DNA of 64,000 nt, from positions 18,414,001-18,478,000 of the forward strand of contig OX597839.1 of the NCBI GenBank assembly GCA_951406725.2, read 5' to 3'. Shown here one piece after another: positions 25,213-39,597 of this stretch. The notes under the pieces were generated by a model. It saw nothing but the letters and a program-made list of their open reading frames with translations, was not told where the DNA came from and made no database searches. The DNA comes from Octopus vulgaris. Its lineage: Eukaryota. The position numbers were made by a program, and so were the translations under genes. Numbering within the stretch: the first letter of the stretch is position 1; each line of letters begins with the position of its first letter.

Positions 25213-26351
25213 CACAGCTATATCTGCACCGATATAAAACTTGGCGTCCCTGAGTTGATGTAACACAAACAAGATATTGTAATTAACAGAGGGGATAGTA
25301 TGAGTGTGTGTGTATGTACGTGTGCAGGTGTATGTATGAGTGTGTGTGTGTGTGTATGCGTGGGCTGTAAACAAGGATAGAAGGTGAAAGCAGTGTCAAT
25401 GTATGAAGTGTGGGTGTGCTGGTCCATTCAGTATATTTCCTTCTCTTTCTTCCTCTGTGTTCCCTTCTATCATCCACACTTCTTTTCCATCCTGCCCTTT
25501 CTATCTCTCTCTCTCTCTCTATCTCATCGCTCACTCCCCAGCCCCGCCTCGGAGTAAAAATAAATTAATAAATAAATAAATAAAACAAAAATTGAACTTG
25601 TGTGCTCAGCTCAAACGAAATCAATAATATGGAAGCCTGATATTGGAAACAGCAACAGCAGAAGCTGGTGTTTCAACCTCTTTCATCTCACCGAGAATCC
25701 TCTTGTCTTTCCTCGTTTTCCTATCCTCTTTTCCTTCTTCTTTTTCCTTCTTCTTTCCTTCCTTCCTTCTTTCTTCTTTTCTTTTTTTGCTTTTCCTTCC
25801 CCCCCCCCTCTCTCTCTCTCTCTCTCGTCTCTTTTCTTTTTTGCTTTTCCTTTCTGTTATATTTCTGTTCTGTTCAACCTTTGGTTAAGGAAAAACACGA
25901 AAAGAAAGAAAAAAAAAAAAAAAAAGCAAAACTCGAACAATAAAACAAACACATACACTCATGCACATGTACAAATACACACACACACATGCATGTGCAC
26001 ATGCACACACACACACACGCACACAAACATACATACATACATACATACATACATACATACATACATACATACATACATACACCGTTTGTTTGTGTTTTTC
26101 CTCACAGCTGATTAAGATGAATATGGAATCATGAAATTAATAAGGTCAGTTTGAAGAAAAATAGGTCAATGCTGTTGCTTAGCCCCAACCCACACCTCAC
26201 TCAACATAATTACCTGTGATAGAAAACATTCAAGTTTGCTTATTTTTCTTTTTGTTTCCCTACCCCAAACCATAGTGTATTTTGGGTAAAAATCATCAAA
26301 AATGTTTAGGGAGATTAGCTTGTTATTTCTAGTAAATTAAGTGACCAGATA

Positions 26352-27000
26352 GGCGTAGGAGGGGCTGTGTGGTAAGTAGTTTGCTTACGAACCACATGTT
26401 TCCGGGTTCAGTCCTGCTACGTGGCATCTCAGGCAAGTGTCTTCTTCTATAGCCTCGGGCTGACCAAAGCCTTGTGAGTGGATTTGGTAGATGGAAACTG
26501 AAAGAAGCCCATCATATATATGTATATAGATATATATTCAAAATGTGACCGCGTGTGTACTGTTGGTGATTTTTTTTCCTCCGTCTTCCCTTCTCTGGAT
26601 CTTTCCTTTTCCTATGTTTCTGACGAAGAGCTCCGCTCGAAACATAAAACCCTCCTTCTTCCCTTCCTTCCTGAGCGTCCAATAATACTATATTTGTTCC
26701 ACGTCCTCGTGTTGTTGTGTTTTCTCTTTGTGTTTTCATGTTTGAATTAACTATATATATATATGTACATATGTATGTGTGTGTGTATATGTTTGTGTGT
26801 CTGTGTTTGCCCCCCCCCTCCCAACATCGCTTGATAACCGATGCTGGTATGTTTACGTCCCCATAACTTAGCGGTTCGGCAAAAAGAGACCGATAGAATA
26901 AGTACCAGGCTTACAAAGAATAAGTCCTGGGGTCGATTAACTCAACTAAAGGCAATGCTCCAGCATGGCTACAGTCAAATGACTGAAACAAGTAAAAGAG
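26352..27000 (+). mobile_element. SINE family A with a Penelope-like element inserted in its internal (TA)n
   Basis: The family A halves flank 26541-26751. Confidence 0.85.
26616..26650 (+). ncRNA. Minimal hammerhead-like motif (second copy of the 17048 family)
   Basis: GTTT - CTGACGA - A GAGC TCC GCTC - GAA - ACAT - A - AAAC. Confidence 0.55.
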
Positions 27001-27808
27001 AGTTAGATGGTTTCTCAGATAGGTGTAAACTGTCTTAATGTTTTGCTTGTCCAGACAGTTTTCAGGAGTTAATCCTAAACATCTACGCTTGTTTTTAGAC
27101 ATTTCCCTCTCTCCCTTTAGAATTGCTGGCTTTGTGCCAAATTAAAAAGAAAGTAAAATGAGTAAAAAAAAAAATATAACGAAGTCACAGCTGGAGCATC
27201 TTTGATCATATATCTACCGAAACAGGACTGTCTTAACCCTTTACTTTCCCAAAGCATCCACACTTTTAGTTTAACCTCGTTTCTTATGTCCTGAGTTCCT
27301 TTCATAAGTCCCAGGTTTTCTCTGGTGGTTGAAAAAAAATGGGAATGTGTATCATATATGATGCATGGATGCCAAAGACACATGTCTTGTGTATCACATG
27401 ATGCACTGGCCGTGTGGTAAGAAGTTTGCGTCCTAACCACATGGTGCCAGCTGTAGAAATGAGTTGTGACATCACTGGTGCCAAGCTGTATCAGCCTTTA
27501 CCTTTCCCCTTGGATAACGTCTGTGGGATGGGGATGGGAAACTGGTAGGCATGGGTGAATGCTGGTCTTCCATAATCAACCTTGCCTAGACTTGTGCCTC
27601 AGAGGGGAACTTTCTAGATGCAATCCCAAGCTTGCTTGTGAGATTAACATGCAAGTGGCTGAGCACTCCACAGACACGCATACCCCTTTTTACATATTTC
27701 TCAGGGAGATTCAGCATGACACAGAGTGTGACAAGGCTGGCCCTTTGAAATCCAGGAACTACTCATTTTTGCCAGCTGAGTGGACTGGAGCACTGTGAAA
27801 TAAAATGC

Positions 27809-27842
<34 letters not shown>

Positions 27843-29711
27843 ACTTTGGAGGGGAACTTTCTAGTTGTGATCTCATGGTCATTTGTGACCAAAAGGTGTC
27901 TTTCACTCTTTTGCCATCCAAGTTGTGAAGGGACCTAGCTTAGTAGCTAGGGTGTTCAATCCCCAAAGGGGGTCATTTTACAATCTTTCTTGTGTATCAC
28001 ATGTGACACACACGACGGGTAAAGGGTTAGTCAGTATATGGCATCCCTTGCAAATTCATGGATGTTGTGAGTATTTCGACTTGTCTTTCATCAGTGGTGT
28101 ATCCACGAGGGGGGAGGTGGTAGGTAAGTGTGCTTGGAGTCAAGACCTAGCTTCTGGAAATAAACCAGGCGCAGCAGAGGGGATTAAATTACTGTGTCTG
28201 CAATACCATCCATCAGATTAATCTGTTAATCTATCAAATCAACAACCGTGTAATTGTTCGACCTGCTAGAAATAGCAGCCAAATCTCCTTCAAATAACAG
28301 TAAAAATGAAGGAGGAATATCGGACAATATAGTCCTTCATAAAGAATTGATGTCATGGTCACAGCATAGGCCTGCTTGAGTAGTACTGACCTGGGGCTAA
28401 ACAGCAACCAAATCAATAATTAGCATGGATTTGATTGGCTGTAATACTTCCTCTCTGACAGAACTGGTCTTGAATCTATGTAACAAATCAATAATTTTAA
28501 TTTCTCACGTGAAATATAGCTGTAATTGAACCAGCAGTATTGCACTAAATGTATTGCCAGGCCATTGTGGAGACAACTGGACCAGCTGTGCTGCACTTAG
28601 CTGCATTGCAAGAGAGTGGAGGTTTGTGGCTTGGTGGTTAGGGTGTTGGACTTATGATTGTAAGATTATGGTTTCAGTTCTTGGTCAGGGCAATGCATTG
28701 TCTTCTTGAGCAAAATACTTCATTACACATTGCTCCAATTGACTCAACTGGTAAAACCGAATAACCCTGTGACAGACTGGTGTCCTGTCCAGGGGGCCGA
28801 TATCCACCATGGAAACTTGGGAAACTATCCCTATGAGTCTTTTTTATTTCTCTTTTACTTGTTTCAGTCATTTGACGGCAGCCATGCTGGAGCACCGCCT
28901 TTAGTTGAACAAGTTGACCCCAGGACTTATTCTTTGGAAGCCTAGTACTTATTCCATCGGTCTCTTTTGCTGAACCGCTAAGTTACGGGGATGTAAACAC
29001 ACCATATTTATAGCATAAAAGGGCACATTGGATTAATGTAGCTTAGGGTAGACAGGCTAGGTCCATTTAATCAGGGATGACCAGGAAACGTTAAACAGCA
29101 ACAATAATCTGGCTGTTTATGATTGTTTAGAAGAGATAAATGATGGGTGTAAAAAATCAGTAGAGTGCTAATATAACTATTTCGTGCTATTAGTGATGTC
29201 CTGAGTTGGAATTAAGCCAAAGAGCACCATTCTCATGAAAGTTACATCAAAACAGGTTTCCAAAATTTTTTAGAATGCCCAGAAAAAAAATCACTAATAT
29301 ACCTGTAAATGTATCACCATTAAGACAGCAGAGAAATTGGGTATAACTACCTTTACAAAGCAGAAAAAAGCTCTCTTGCAAAGTTGTCTGTATTGTATGA
29401 TACACATTTGGTGCTTCTAAAAAAAAAACCCAAAGGAAACAAATGTAAGTTTGTTTATATACACACGTGGTGTAAATGTAATTGAAAATGGTTCATTTTC
29501 AACCAGATATCATTTTTGAGACAATTTCTTCTAGATATAGAAAATATTTGTCTTGGAAATATCACCTCCATTTTTTGTCAAAGTGTCTACTTATTTGTAA
29601 GTTGGAAAAATCTTGATTTTAGGAAGATTTGGTTGCTATTCCTAGCATATTTAATAGCTGCATGGAGGATCTTTTGTTTCCTTGAATGTAGGCATATGTT
29701 ATTTTGTCCGA

Positions 29712-29925
29712 AGGTGGCGAGCTGGCAGAATTGTTAGCATGCTAGGCAAAATGCTTAGAGGTATTGTGCCTGTCTTTACGGTCTGAGTTCAAATTCCACC
29801 AAGGTTGATTTTGCTTTTCATTCTTTCGGGGTCAATAAATTAAGTACCAGTCAAGTTCTGGGGTTGGCTGTGATTGACTTTTCCCCTCTCCCAAAATTTC
29901 AGTCCTTGTGCCTATAGTAGAAAAA
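29712..29925 (+). mobile_element. SINE family B
   Basis: Full head, core and tail. Confidence 0.8.
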
Positions 29926-30967
29926 GTTATTTCATTCTAGGTCAACACTGATCAAGCAGACATTATCAAAGACACTCCAGCCATGACTATCCCATAACAG
30001 TGAGTTTTTTTATAGCGACCAAATGTTTGTACTGTACATTAGCTCTCAGTCCCTCCATCAAATTGATAGTAACAGTTCAGGTGAATAGTGTGCCACATGT
30101 CAGGTGTCAAAATCATTGCAGAGTGAAGTGAAATGAAGTGTTTTGCTCAAGAACACAATGCACTGCCCAGTCCAAGAATTGAGACCATAATCTTGCAATT
30201 GTAAGTGTAACACTTTAACTACTAGGCCATATGTCCTCAGTATGTATCCAGGACTGCATTATCCAATGTGTCTTTGCCTATTTTAAGATAGTTGGGTGTG
30301 CTGGTTTGAGGGAGATTTGGTTGCTGTTTCTAGCTCATATAACAACCAAAGAGTTATTTTAAATTGTTCTTTACATGCCAAACAGTTGAAACAAGACAGA
30401 TGTTGAGTCTAAGAACTCTTGTTTATAGAGTACTCGTTATAGAGTTCTCCTTCATAAATTAAGTCTAAATGAGCCAATGAAGGGGTTTCAAAGTGGCTGG
30501 TTGACCTGCTAGAAATAGCAACTAAATTGTTCCCAAATCATATCCAGTACACAAATAGGATGCTGAATGCACTTTTGCCAAAGGACAAGAAGCTGAACAG
30601 ACATAAAGCCAAATTGAACAAGATGCTGGAAAGACATACGAAGATTAAAATTTAATCTCGTTAAATCTTAAGTGCCAAATTGGTGAATTGATCATTATAG
30701 TATGTGGGTAGGAATGTTTTTTTGGAGCCTGATGCAGCCTTCTGGCTTCCCAGATCCCCGGTCGAACCGTCCAACCCATGCTAGCATGGAGAACGGACGT
30801 TAAACGATGATGATGATGATGAATGTGTCCATTTGGCTGTAGGTGTGTTCGGCATTGTGTCCGTTCAACTTCTTGACTTCAGCTTCTTGTTCTTCAGCAA
30901 AAGTGCATTAAGCATCCTGTCCACTCTCATCACATCCAACTGTCTTTAAAAAAACAGAGACATATTG

Positions 30968-31190
30968 GGTGGGCAGAAACGTTAGCACGCCGGGCGAAAT
31001 GCGTAGCCGTATTTCGTCTGCTGTTACGTTCTGAGTTCAAATTCCGCCGAGGTTGACTTTGCCTTTCATCCTTTCGGGGTCGATTAAATAAGTACCAGTT
31101 ATGCACTGGGGTCGATATAATCGACTTAATCCGTTTGTCCTTGTTTGTCCTCTCTGTGTTTAGCCCCTTGTGGGTAGTAAAGAAATAGGT
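30968..31190 (+). mobile_element. SINE family B
   Basis: Matches the family B consensus. Confidence 0.85.
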
Positions 31191-32019
31191 ATAGTTCCAG
31201 AAGTTAAAAAACAAACAAGCAAACAATGACTGGATGGTCATTGCAAGAACGTCTGTGATCAGAGGCCTGCTCGATCAGGACTTGCTTGAGGCTGAATAAC
31301 CATGACGACAACAGCAACAACGGAAAGTTTACGAACTGCTGTTTTCCAACTGTACTTATTCACACAATTGAGAACATTTAAAAAGTGATTAACTGGGTTG
31401 GTGGATTTAGCTTTAGCTAAAATAATTATAAATCATCATCATCATCATCAAATATCTGTTTTCCATGCTGATGTTGGTTGGATGGTTTGGCAGGAGATGG
31501 CAAGCCAGAAGACTGTACCAGGTTCCACATACCGTTTCCATGGCTTAATGCCCCTCCTGATAACAGCTTTACAGAAATGTACTGGGTGCTTTTTACTTGG
31601 CACCAGTGGCATTGAGGTCACTGAGTAATTTGCAAGATAAGCGACCCTCTCGAATGAGGAGGGGGAGAGTTGTATTGAGGGACAAATTGATGTTTTGCAA
31701 TAGAGGAGAAACATACCTAAAATAGTATATATATATATTATAACCTAAATATTACACGCACCCTGTCACATATTCATCATCATCATACTTCCACTTTTCC
31801 ATGTTTGCATGGGTTGGATGGAGTTTATTGAGGGATTTTTTACAGCTGGATACCTTTCCTGTCACCAACCCTATGGCTAGAGATGCTTTTCACAGAAGGT
31901 GGGAAATGAACAAATTTGCTTGTATGGTGATAATGCTCACTTACAGCCATTATGTGATGTCTTGACAAGGGTACACAAAACACACACATTCTCTCGAAAA
32001 TACATACATACATACATAC

Positions 32020-32500
32020 ATACATCATCATTTAACGTCCACTTTCCATGCTGGCATGGGTTGGGTGGTTTGACATAGAGCTGACCAGCTGGGAGCTGTC
32101 CAGACACCAAATGTCTGTTGGCATGGTTTCTTTGACTGGATGCCCTTCCTTACACTTACCACTCAACAGTGTGCCAGGTGCTTTTTATGTGCCACTGGCA
32201 TGGGTCTGTTTATGCAGCACTGGCATGGCTGTGTTAATGTAGAACTGGCACAAGTTCTATTCAAGTGGCACCAGCACCTGAAAGGACAAGCTTGTCTGTG
32301 TAGAAGACAGCGATTTTACTCGGCTTGACGTGTTTTATCAAGTACAGCAAATTGTCACATCTCCCACGCCCTTGTCATTTCCTCAGTGAGGCCCAGCATC
32401 TGAAGATCCTTCCTCACCACTTCATCCCATGTCTTCCTGGCACTCTCTTTTTCCATGGGGACCCTCCACAATTAGAGCTTGGAACTTCTTTACACAGCTG
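32020..32500 (-). mobile_element. RTE LINE 3' end (family C) including the ORF C-terminus
   Basis: Minus-strand translation RKTWDEVVRKDLQMLGLTEEMT at about 32370-32440. Confidence 0.8.
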
Positions 32501-33165
32501 TCCTCATCCACGCACACACACACATCTTGTGATCAACCAGGATATCGGATGTTGTTATGCATCTGATCATTTTAGTTTTCAAACGGTGCCACCCTGCAGG
32601 CTATGCGAGCAGGCGGACATTACTCGCCATCCCCAATTGGAAGACTAGTCTGCCACAGGGTTAACCATTTACAACTGAGTGGGCGAGAGCAAAGTGAAAT
32701 GATGTGTCTTGTTCAAGAACACAATTTGCCGCCTAGTCTGGGAATCAAACCCACAATCTTTTTCAGAAGTAGGATGTGATTTTCGGGAGATTTATCTCCT
32801 GCAGGCCAAGCATATAGAAGCCCTTTTATTGGTTTATATTGTTGTTTGTTAGCCACTGGTCAAGCTGCAGTTGTTTGATCAAGAGCATTCCAGCTATGAC
32901 TTTCCTCTCTCCTGAAAGTACATTATCTAATGGTGACAGGCTGTGGTATTTGAGGAAGATTTGGCTGCTATTTCTTAGCAAGCCAAGCAACTGTGTTGAT
33001 ACTTGCTTGAGATTTGTTGGCTGATCTAAATATAATTCTTTTCAGCTTGATGTGTATTAGCCTGCTTTGCTTGTCTTGCCCTCAACTTAAGCTCTTAATC
33101 TCCAGCCAGATATTACTTACAAGTTATATACACATGCATAGATATATACATGCATGCATACATAA

Positions 33166-33238
<73 letters not shown>

Positions 33239-33439
33239 TGTATCAATTTCAACACAGAACCGAAAGAGCTATTGATAGTTTCATGTTTTTATGATACTTT
33301 AACAAGCATATTTATAAAATGTATTTTAAAGCATGAAACTATTGGTAGCTCTTTTGGTTGTGTATTTAAATTGATATCTAGCTCTCATTGGATGGAGTAC
33401 TTTTTTTTGTTAATTCTACCTCTATTGGATCTTTAAACG

Positions 33440-33574
<135 letters not shown>

Positions 33575-33599
33575 CATCATCGTTATATATATGTAGATA

Positions 33600-34240
33600 T
33601 TTTCTTTTACTTCTTTCAGTCATTTGATTGTGGCCATGCTAGTTGAAGAAATCAATCCCAAGTCTTATTCTGTGTGAGCCTAGTACTTATTCTGTCAGTC
33701 TCTTTTGCCAAACTGTTAAGTTATGGGGATGTAAACACACCAACATTGGTTGTCAAGCAATGACGGGGGCGACAAACATAGGCACAAAGACATGCACACA
33801 CATAAATACACACACACACACAGATATATATTTAACGAAAAGGCGGCGAGCTGGCAGAAACCTTAGCATGCCAGGCAAAATGCTTTGTGATATTTCGTCC
33901 ACCGCTGCGTTCTGAGTTCAAATTTCGCTGAGGTCGACTTTGCCTTTCATCCTTTCAGGATCGATAAATTAAGTACCAGTTACGTACTGGGGTCAATGTA
34001 ATCGACTTAATCCTTTTGTCTGTCCTTGTTTGTCCCCTCTATGTTTAGCCCCGTGTGGGCAATAAAGAAATAAGATATATATACGATAGGCTTGTTCAAG
34101 TTTCTGTCTACCAAATCCATTCACAAGGCATTGGTCAGCCTGCTGCTATAACAGAAGACTCTTGTCCAAGGTACCATGCTGTGGGACTGATACCGGAACC
34201 ATGTGGTTGGGAAGCAAGCTTCTTACCACACAGCCATGTA
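33600..34240 (-). mobile_element. SINE A interrupted by SINE B (33841-34072, plus strand)
   Basis: The family A halves flank a family B copy at the internal microsatellite. Confidence 0.8.
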
Positions 34241-34411
34241 GTATAACACCGAAAAGGAAAAATTCAATTGTCACCAATTGTGACTGACTGGGCAGGGTAG
34301 GATCTACATTGCTAGAAATAAGAGCTACGTACATATATTTACATATTTCAATTAAGCATTGTGATACTAATAACCTGGTATTAGAACTCAATATATGTTG
34401 TGTTTCATTAA

Positions 34412-34632
34412 CCCTTTCGTTACCAGCCCGGTTGAAACCGGCTCTGGTTCTGTAGTACAAATGTCTTGTTTTCATAAATTCTGAATTAAAATCTTCCACC
34501 AAACCTTAGTCACAATTTATGTTCCTAACACTAGCTGAATGATAACGAAGTTATTTTACTAAATTCTTTGTTATATTTAAAGTAATTGAAAGAAACACAG
34601 AGCATCTCAAAATAAATACAGTAACGAAAGGG
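34412..34632. mobile_element. piggyBac-type MITE, intact
   Basis: TTAA-CCCTTTCGTTAC ... GTAACGAAAGGG-TTAA with perfect 12-bp TIRs. Confidence 0.9.
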
Positions 34633-35163
34633 TTAAAAACTCCTGGCAAATATCAATTAAGCACCCAGAATAATTCAGGCTTGGTGCCATCATGATAATA
34701 CATTTTATTGTCTCTTTCAATCATTGTCGTTGGAATGTTGACGTCCACTCTTCTATGTATGCATCGGTCAGACAATTTTCTAGATGCAGATTTTCTGTAG
34801 CTGCAGGCCCCTTTTGTCACTAGTCCTCACCGTGCGTGTTTCCAAGTAAGGTAATAGTCCTTCATGGCCAAACATGTCTTTCAAGGACAACTGGAAATGC
34901 AACATTTCTTGTGTGACAATGATGTTTATTTACAATCATCACATGATGTCTAGACAAAGGTGTACACACACTTATCTATCTAGCTGTCTGTCTGTCTGTT
35001 TGTCTATTTATCAAGCACCTATCTATCTATCTATCTATCTACCTATCTGCCATGCATCTATTTATCTCTCTGTCTGTCTATCTATCTGTCTGTCATGTAT
35101 CTATCTGTCTGTCTGTCTATTTGTCTATCTATCTATTTGTCTATCTATCTATCTATCTATCTA

Positions 35164-35229
<66 letters not shown>

Positions 35230-35236
35230 ATGTACG

Positions 35237-35273
<37 letters not shown>

Positions 35274-35869
35274 GTCATGTGTCTGTCTGTCTATCCGTTT
35301 GTCTGTCTGTCTGCCTGTTTGCGTCTGTCTGTCTGTCTGCCCGTTTGTCTGTCTGTCTACCTGTGTGTCTGTCTGTCTGCCATCTATCTATCTATCTTTC
35401 TATCTATCTCTTCACCTATCTATTTGTCTATCTATCTCCCTACATACCCACCCACCCACTATGCCAACCTAACTGAACCATGCCAACATGGAAAAGCCAT
35501 CATAAAAATGATGATGATGATGATTTTGATTTTAAAATTGATATTTCCCCCCCTCCCCACACACTTGTAATTGGTTCAAAGTTTTTGGTAATCCTATCAC
35601 TAGAACTGTAATACTATCATCAATAAATTAGAGTAGGATTAATTAAAGTACCTTTTGATTGAAAACTCTTCATGATGTTATCATACATACGTTCAGACAA
35701 AGTCTACTTTCTCTTTCTCCTGTTACAGTAAATAAATAAACATTTATATTTATTATGATATCTTTGTATATATTATATAGGTCAAATTCTTACTCTAATT
35801 AACTGGTTAGCATTCACCATCATCATGTTCATATTCTTTTATACTTTTAATGCTGGGGCACTGCCTTAA

Positions 35870-36083
35870 CCCTTTTGTTACCATATTTCTGTTGAGATGC
35901 TCTGTGTTTCTGTCAATTAATTTTAAATATAATAAGGAATTTAGTAAAATAACTTAGTTATCATTAAGCTAGTGTTAATGAACATAAATTATGACTAAGG
36001 TTTGGTTGAAGATTTTAATTCAGAACTTTTGAAAACAAGATATTTGTACTATAGAGTCAGAGGCGGTTTCAGGCGGGTTAGTA
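35870..36083. mobile_element. piggyBac-type MITE, right end degenerate
   Basis: TTAACCCTTTTGTTACC start and the family body. Confidence 0.75.
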
Positions 36084-36595
36084 TATTTACTATTTTATTG
36101 TGTAGGCCCTCCAAAATCTCGTATGGACCCGGTTGAGAACTACTGACATTGAAGGTCAACTACATCCCTTGAGAAAATGTGTGCTGAACAAAGAACATCT
36201 GTATATCAGTGTTAGTTTCACTATTGCACTATTTTATCTCCACGTGATAGTTGTCTGTCGCTTAGCTCTAGTAGGATAGTTTATTCTACTAATGTCCAAC
36301 ATTGGTGTTCTATTTAAGTTCAATGTCTGCAACTGGAATATCGAGCAGTTAATTCATAAAACTATGTTAAATAAGTACAAGCTGTCCAATAACCTTCATA
36401 GTTCTACTTAGTTTCACCATCAAGGCTTGGGGTCCAGTGTGGGGCAAAAGGAGAAGACGACCAAAATGCTATGCAGTAATGCTATGGAACTTGGACCACC
36501 AACAAGATTGCAAATTGAACTTTCACACAGCCTCATATGCATGCATCTGAAAGAAGAACAAGATTGTGCGAGATCTATGCCTTTCTCAAGGGCAT

Positions 36596-36597
<2 letters not shown>

Positions 36598-36687
<90 letters not shown>
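36598..36687. repeat. Pure (CAG)30
   Basis: Read directly. Confidence 0.95.
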
Positions 36688-36691
<4 letters not shown>

Positions 36692-38414
36692 AGGGATGTG
36701 AATTGATTTCACTTATGTTTCGAAGTGGTGTCATGGAAACGGAGTTGATATTCTTCTAATTACTGTCAGTGACAACAGACAATAAAATTCTGTACATTGG
36801 CAAATATTGATTCCTTATGTTGTTGGCTCAAGGCCAGACATTTACAAAAGAAGGAAAAAGAAGAAGGGATGGGTTTGATACACTTGCCCCTTGTCCTGCT
36901 TGCACCCTCGCCTTTCCCTTTTTCCCCTCCCCCAGTATACAAACAGTTTTTAACTATATTGATCTGAGAAGGTTGAAAGCCAATGAGTTTTGGCAAATGG
37001 CGCTCTGGAACTCTATTTATGCAGTCTGTTAGGGTCACCAAAGGCCATTGGTTATTGCCATGCGATCACTGACCAATCCTAATCACACTGTTAATGAATG
37101 CTACTTCAGTAATTAGAGATATTCATAGGGTATTGTAAACTGTAAAAAAAGGCCCCAAAGTGAGAGCATCTACACTAGCGTTTCTCAACTGTATTTTTTG
37201 TTTTTTTTCATCTGTGAAACCTTTTCATTCCTATTTTACTCAGTTTGACCCTCACAGCCATTCTCTCCTTGAGTGACAGGCAGGTTGTCTGATGCTTGTG
37301 TACAAAGTGTGATATTGCATGGCAGCCAAACATGGGCTTTGAATACAGAGAATTTGCAACAGGCTAGAAAGAAATGCAGTGAGTTTGGTCTGCTGGGTGT
37401 GTAATGGCAAAGCATGGTGTACATGGGGACTGAATAACAAAGCATGGCACTTAAGGAGGGAGACTGAACTAGTATGGATATGTGACATGTATGGAAGATG
37501 AAAATTGAGTGAAAAAGTACCAGAAAGAGTTATAGTCAGCAGTCTTGTTCTTAGGATAGCTGACCAGTTTCTTTTACAGTCTCATCAAGTGGAGGTTCGT
37601 GGCTTAGTAGTTAGGGTATTGGACTCAGGATTGTAAGATTGTGGTTTCAATTCCTGGACCAGGTTACATGCGTTTTTGAGTAAAACACAATTTCACATTG
37701 CCCTAGTCCACTCAGCTGGCAAAAATGAGTAATCTTACGATGGACTGGCATCTGGGGAATTTATGCGCCATGAAACTGGGAAACTGGCCCTTGGGAGTTC
37801 GGTATGGCTCAAGAAGGTAACCTTTACTTGTTTGTTTCTCTTTCACTCCTACCATTACAACAACAACAACAACAGCAACAACAACATTCTCTGTTTCTCT
37901 GAACAGGCTAATAGTGTATCATTGCCATTCTGGATCACCAACACCTTCCGCTTCCTTACTTTTCCCCGTGTTTGTCAACTGAGACATGCTCATGCTGAAC
38001 ATAAGCCATATTGGTCTCAATTCTCAGCAAACCCTGCTGAGGTCATAACCAAGCACTAACCCCATCTCTTAGTTGAGCCATGTAAAAAAAAAAAAACATC
38101 ATTCTTTTTCTTACTTCATTCTCCATCGTCCACCAAGATTTTCCTCAGATTTAAGCCTTTCAGTGTTGTTGTATCAAAATTTCTTCGTTTACCATTTTAA
38201 ATATTTCAGTCCACAAACCACCCACCTAAATTAGAAGAAACCTATATCTGTAGTGGCTGGGTTGTGAGTTATTAAGAGGGTGTGACTTTAAAGCATATCC
38301 TGTAGTGAGGCCCTGGTTTGAGAGTTCCATGGTTTTGAGGAGTGTAGAATCACTTCTTAGCCACTCTTGTACTCAGGTCTACTCTGACCTGGAGCAGTAG
38401 CACCTGTAAGGTTG

Positions 38415-38795
38415 CATCATCATCATCATCGTCATCACCATCATCATTTAATATCTGCTTTCCATGCTGGCATAGGTTAGATGGTTTGACTGAAACTGGT
38501 AAGCTGGTAAGTTGAACCAGGTTCCAGTCTGATTTGGCATGATTTCTACTGCTTGATGCCCTTCCTAATGCCAACCACTCTCAGAGTGTAATGGGTGCAT
38601 TTTACATGTCATCGGCACGAGTGCCAGTTATGTGACACTGGTATTGGCCACAACTATGATTTCACTTGGCTTGATGAGTTTTCTCACGCACAGTGTGTCA
38701 CCAAAGGTCTTGGTCACTTGTCATCGCCTCTGTGAGGCCTAACATTTGAAGATCATGCTTCGCCACCTCGTCCCATGTCTTCCTGGGTCTACCTC
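38415..38795 (-). mobile_element. RTE LINE 3' end (family C) with the ORF C-terminus
   Basis: GRPRKTWDEVAKHDLQMLGLTEAMTSDQDLW on the minus strand, plus a (GAT)n tail. Confidence 0.85.
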
Positions 38796-39120
38796 TTCTA
38801 TAAGTTAATTACATATGTGTGTGAAGACTGGATCTGGCAGACTCTGTGGAAGGAGCCTTCATGGTTCAATGGAGAGGCAGCGACAGCAACACATTATGGA
38901 GTGCAGAGAGCACTGTCTCTATCTGTCTTCATCCTCAATTTTCTTGACCTGGTCTTGCCACTGGATTGATGATGGTCACAGACAAGAGAATGAGCCGACA
39001 TTGTGCTACTCTACTTAATTTTAAACAAACTCATCATACAAGTCATCGGCCATCCTTCATTTCTTTAAGGATGACCTGATCGTCCTCATCACTCCAATGA
39101 ACTAACATGGAACATTTATA

Positions 39121-39350
39121 TTTCTTTATTGCCCACAAGGGGCTAAACACAGAGGGGACAAACAAGGACAGACAAAGGGATTAAGTCGATTACATCGACT
39201 CCAGTGTGTAACTGGTACTTATTTAATCGACCCCGAAAGGATGAAAGACAAAGTCGACCTCGGCGGAATTTGAACTCAGAACATAGCTGCAGACGAAATA
39301 TGGCTACGTATTTCACCCGGCGTGCTAACGATTCTGCCAGCTTGCTGCCT
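39121..39350 (-). mobile_element. SINE family B with GAACATTTA TSD
   Basis: TSD at 39110-39118 and 39352-39360. Confidence 0.85.
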
Positions 39351-39597
39351 TGAACATTTAACATGGAACATTTAACTTAATATCTCTCAGTGTGACTCTC
39401 TCTGATGGACTCTGTAGATGAAGCTTCCATGATTCACTGAAAAAGAAGGTGGCTGTAACAACACATTGTGGAGTGCAGAGTGAAAGACGAAGCAAATAAA
39501 GCATCTTGATTATCCACTGCATCTTTCTCAGTCCCCAGATATCTTGACCAGGTCTTGCCACTGGATTGAAGATGGTCATGGGTTCAAGAGTGATGTT

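Noticed and set aside
28055-28107. Minus-strand CTGATGA-AAGACAAGTC-GAAA hammerhead-like core
   Set aside because: The proximal stem I does not pair and the stem II loop is only 2 nt. It is probably chance or too decayed to call.
36420-36734. Poly-Cys or poly-Gln protein
   Set aside because: The frames are open only because of the CAG run. The Gln frame has a stop immediately upstream.
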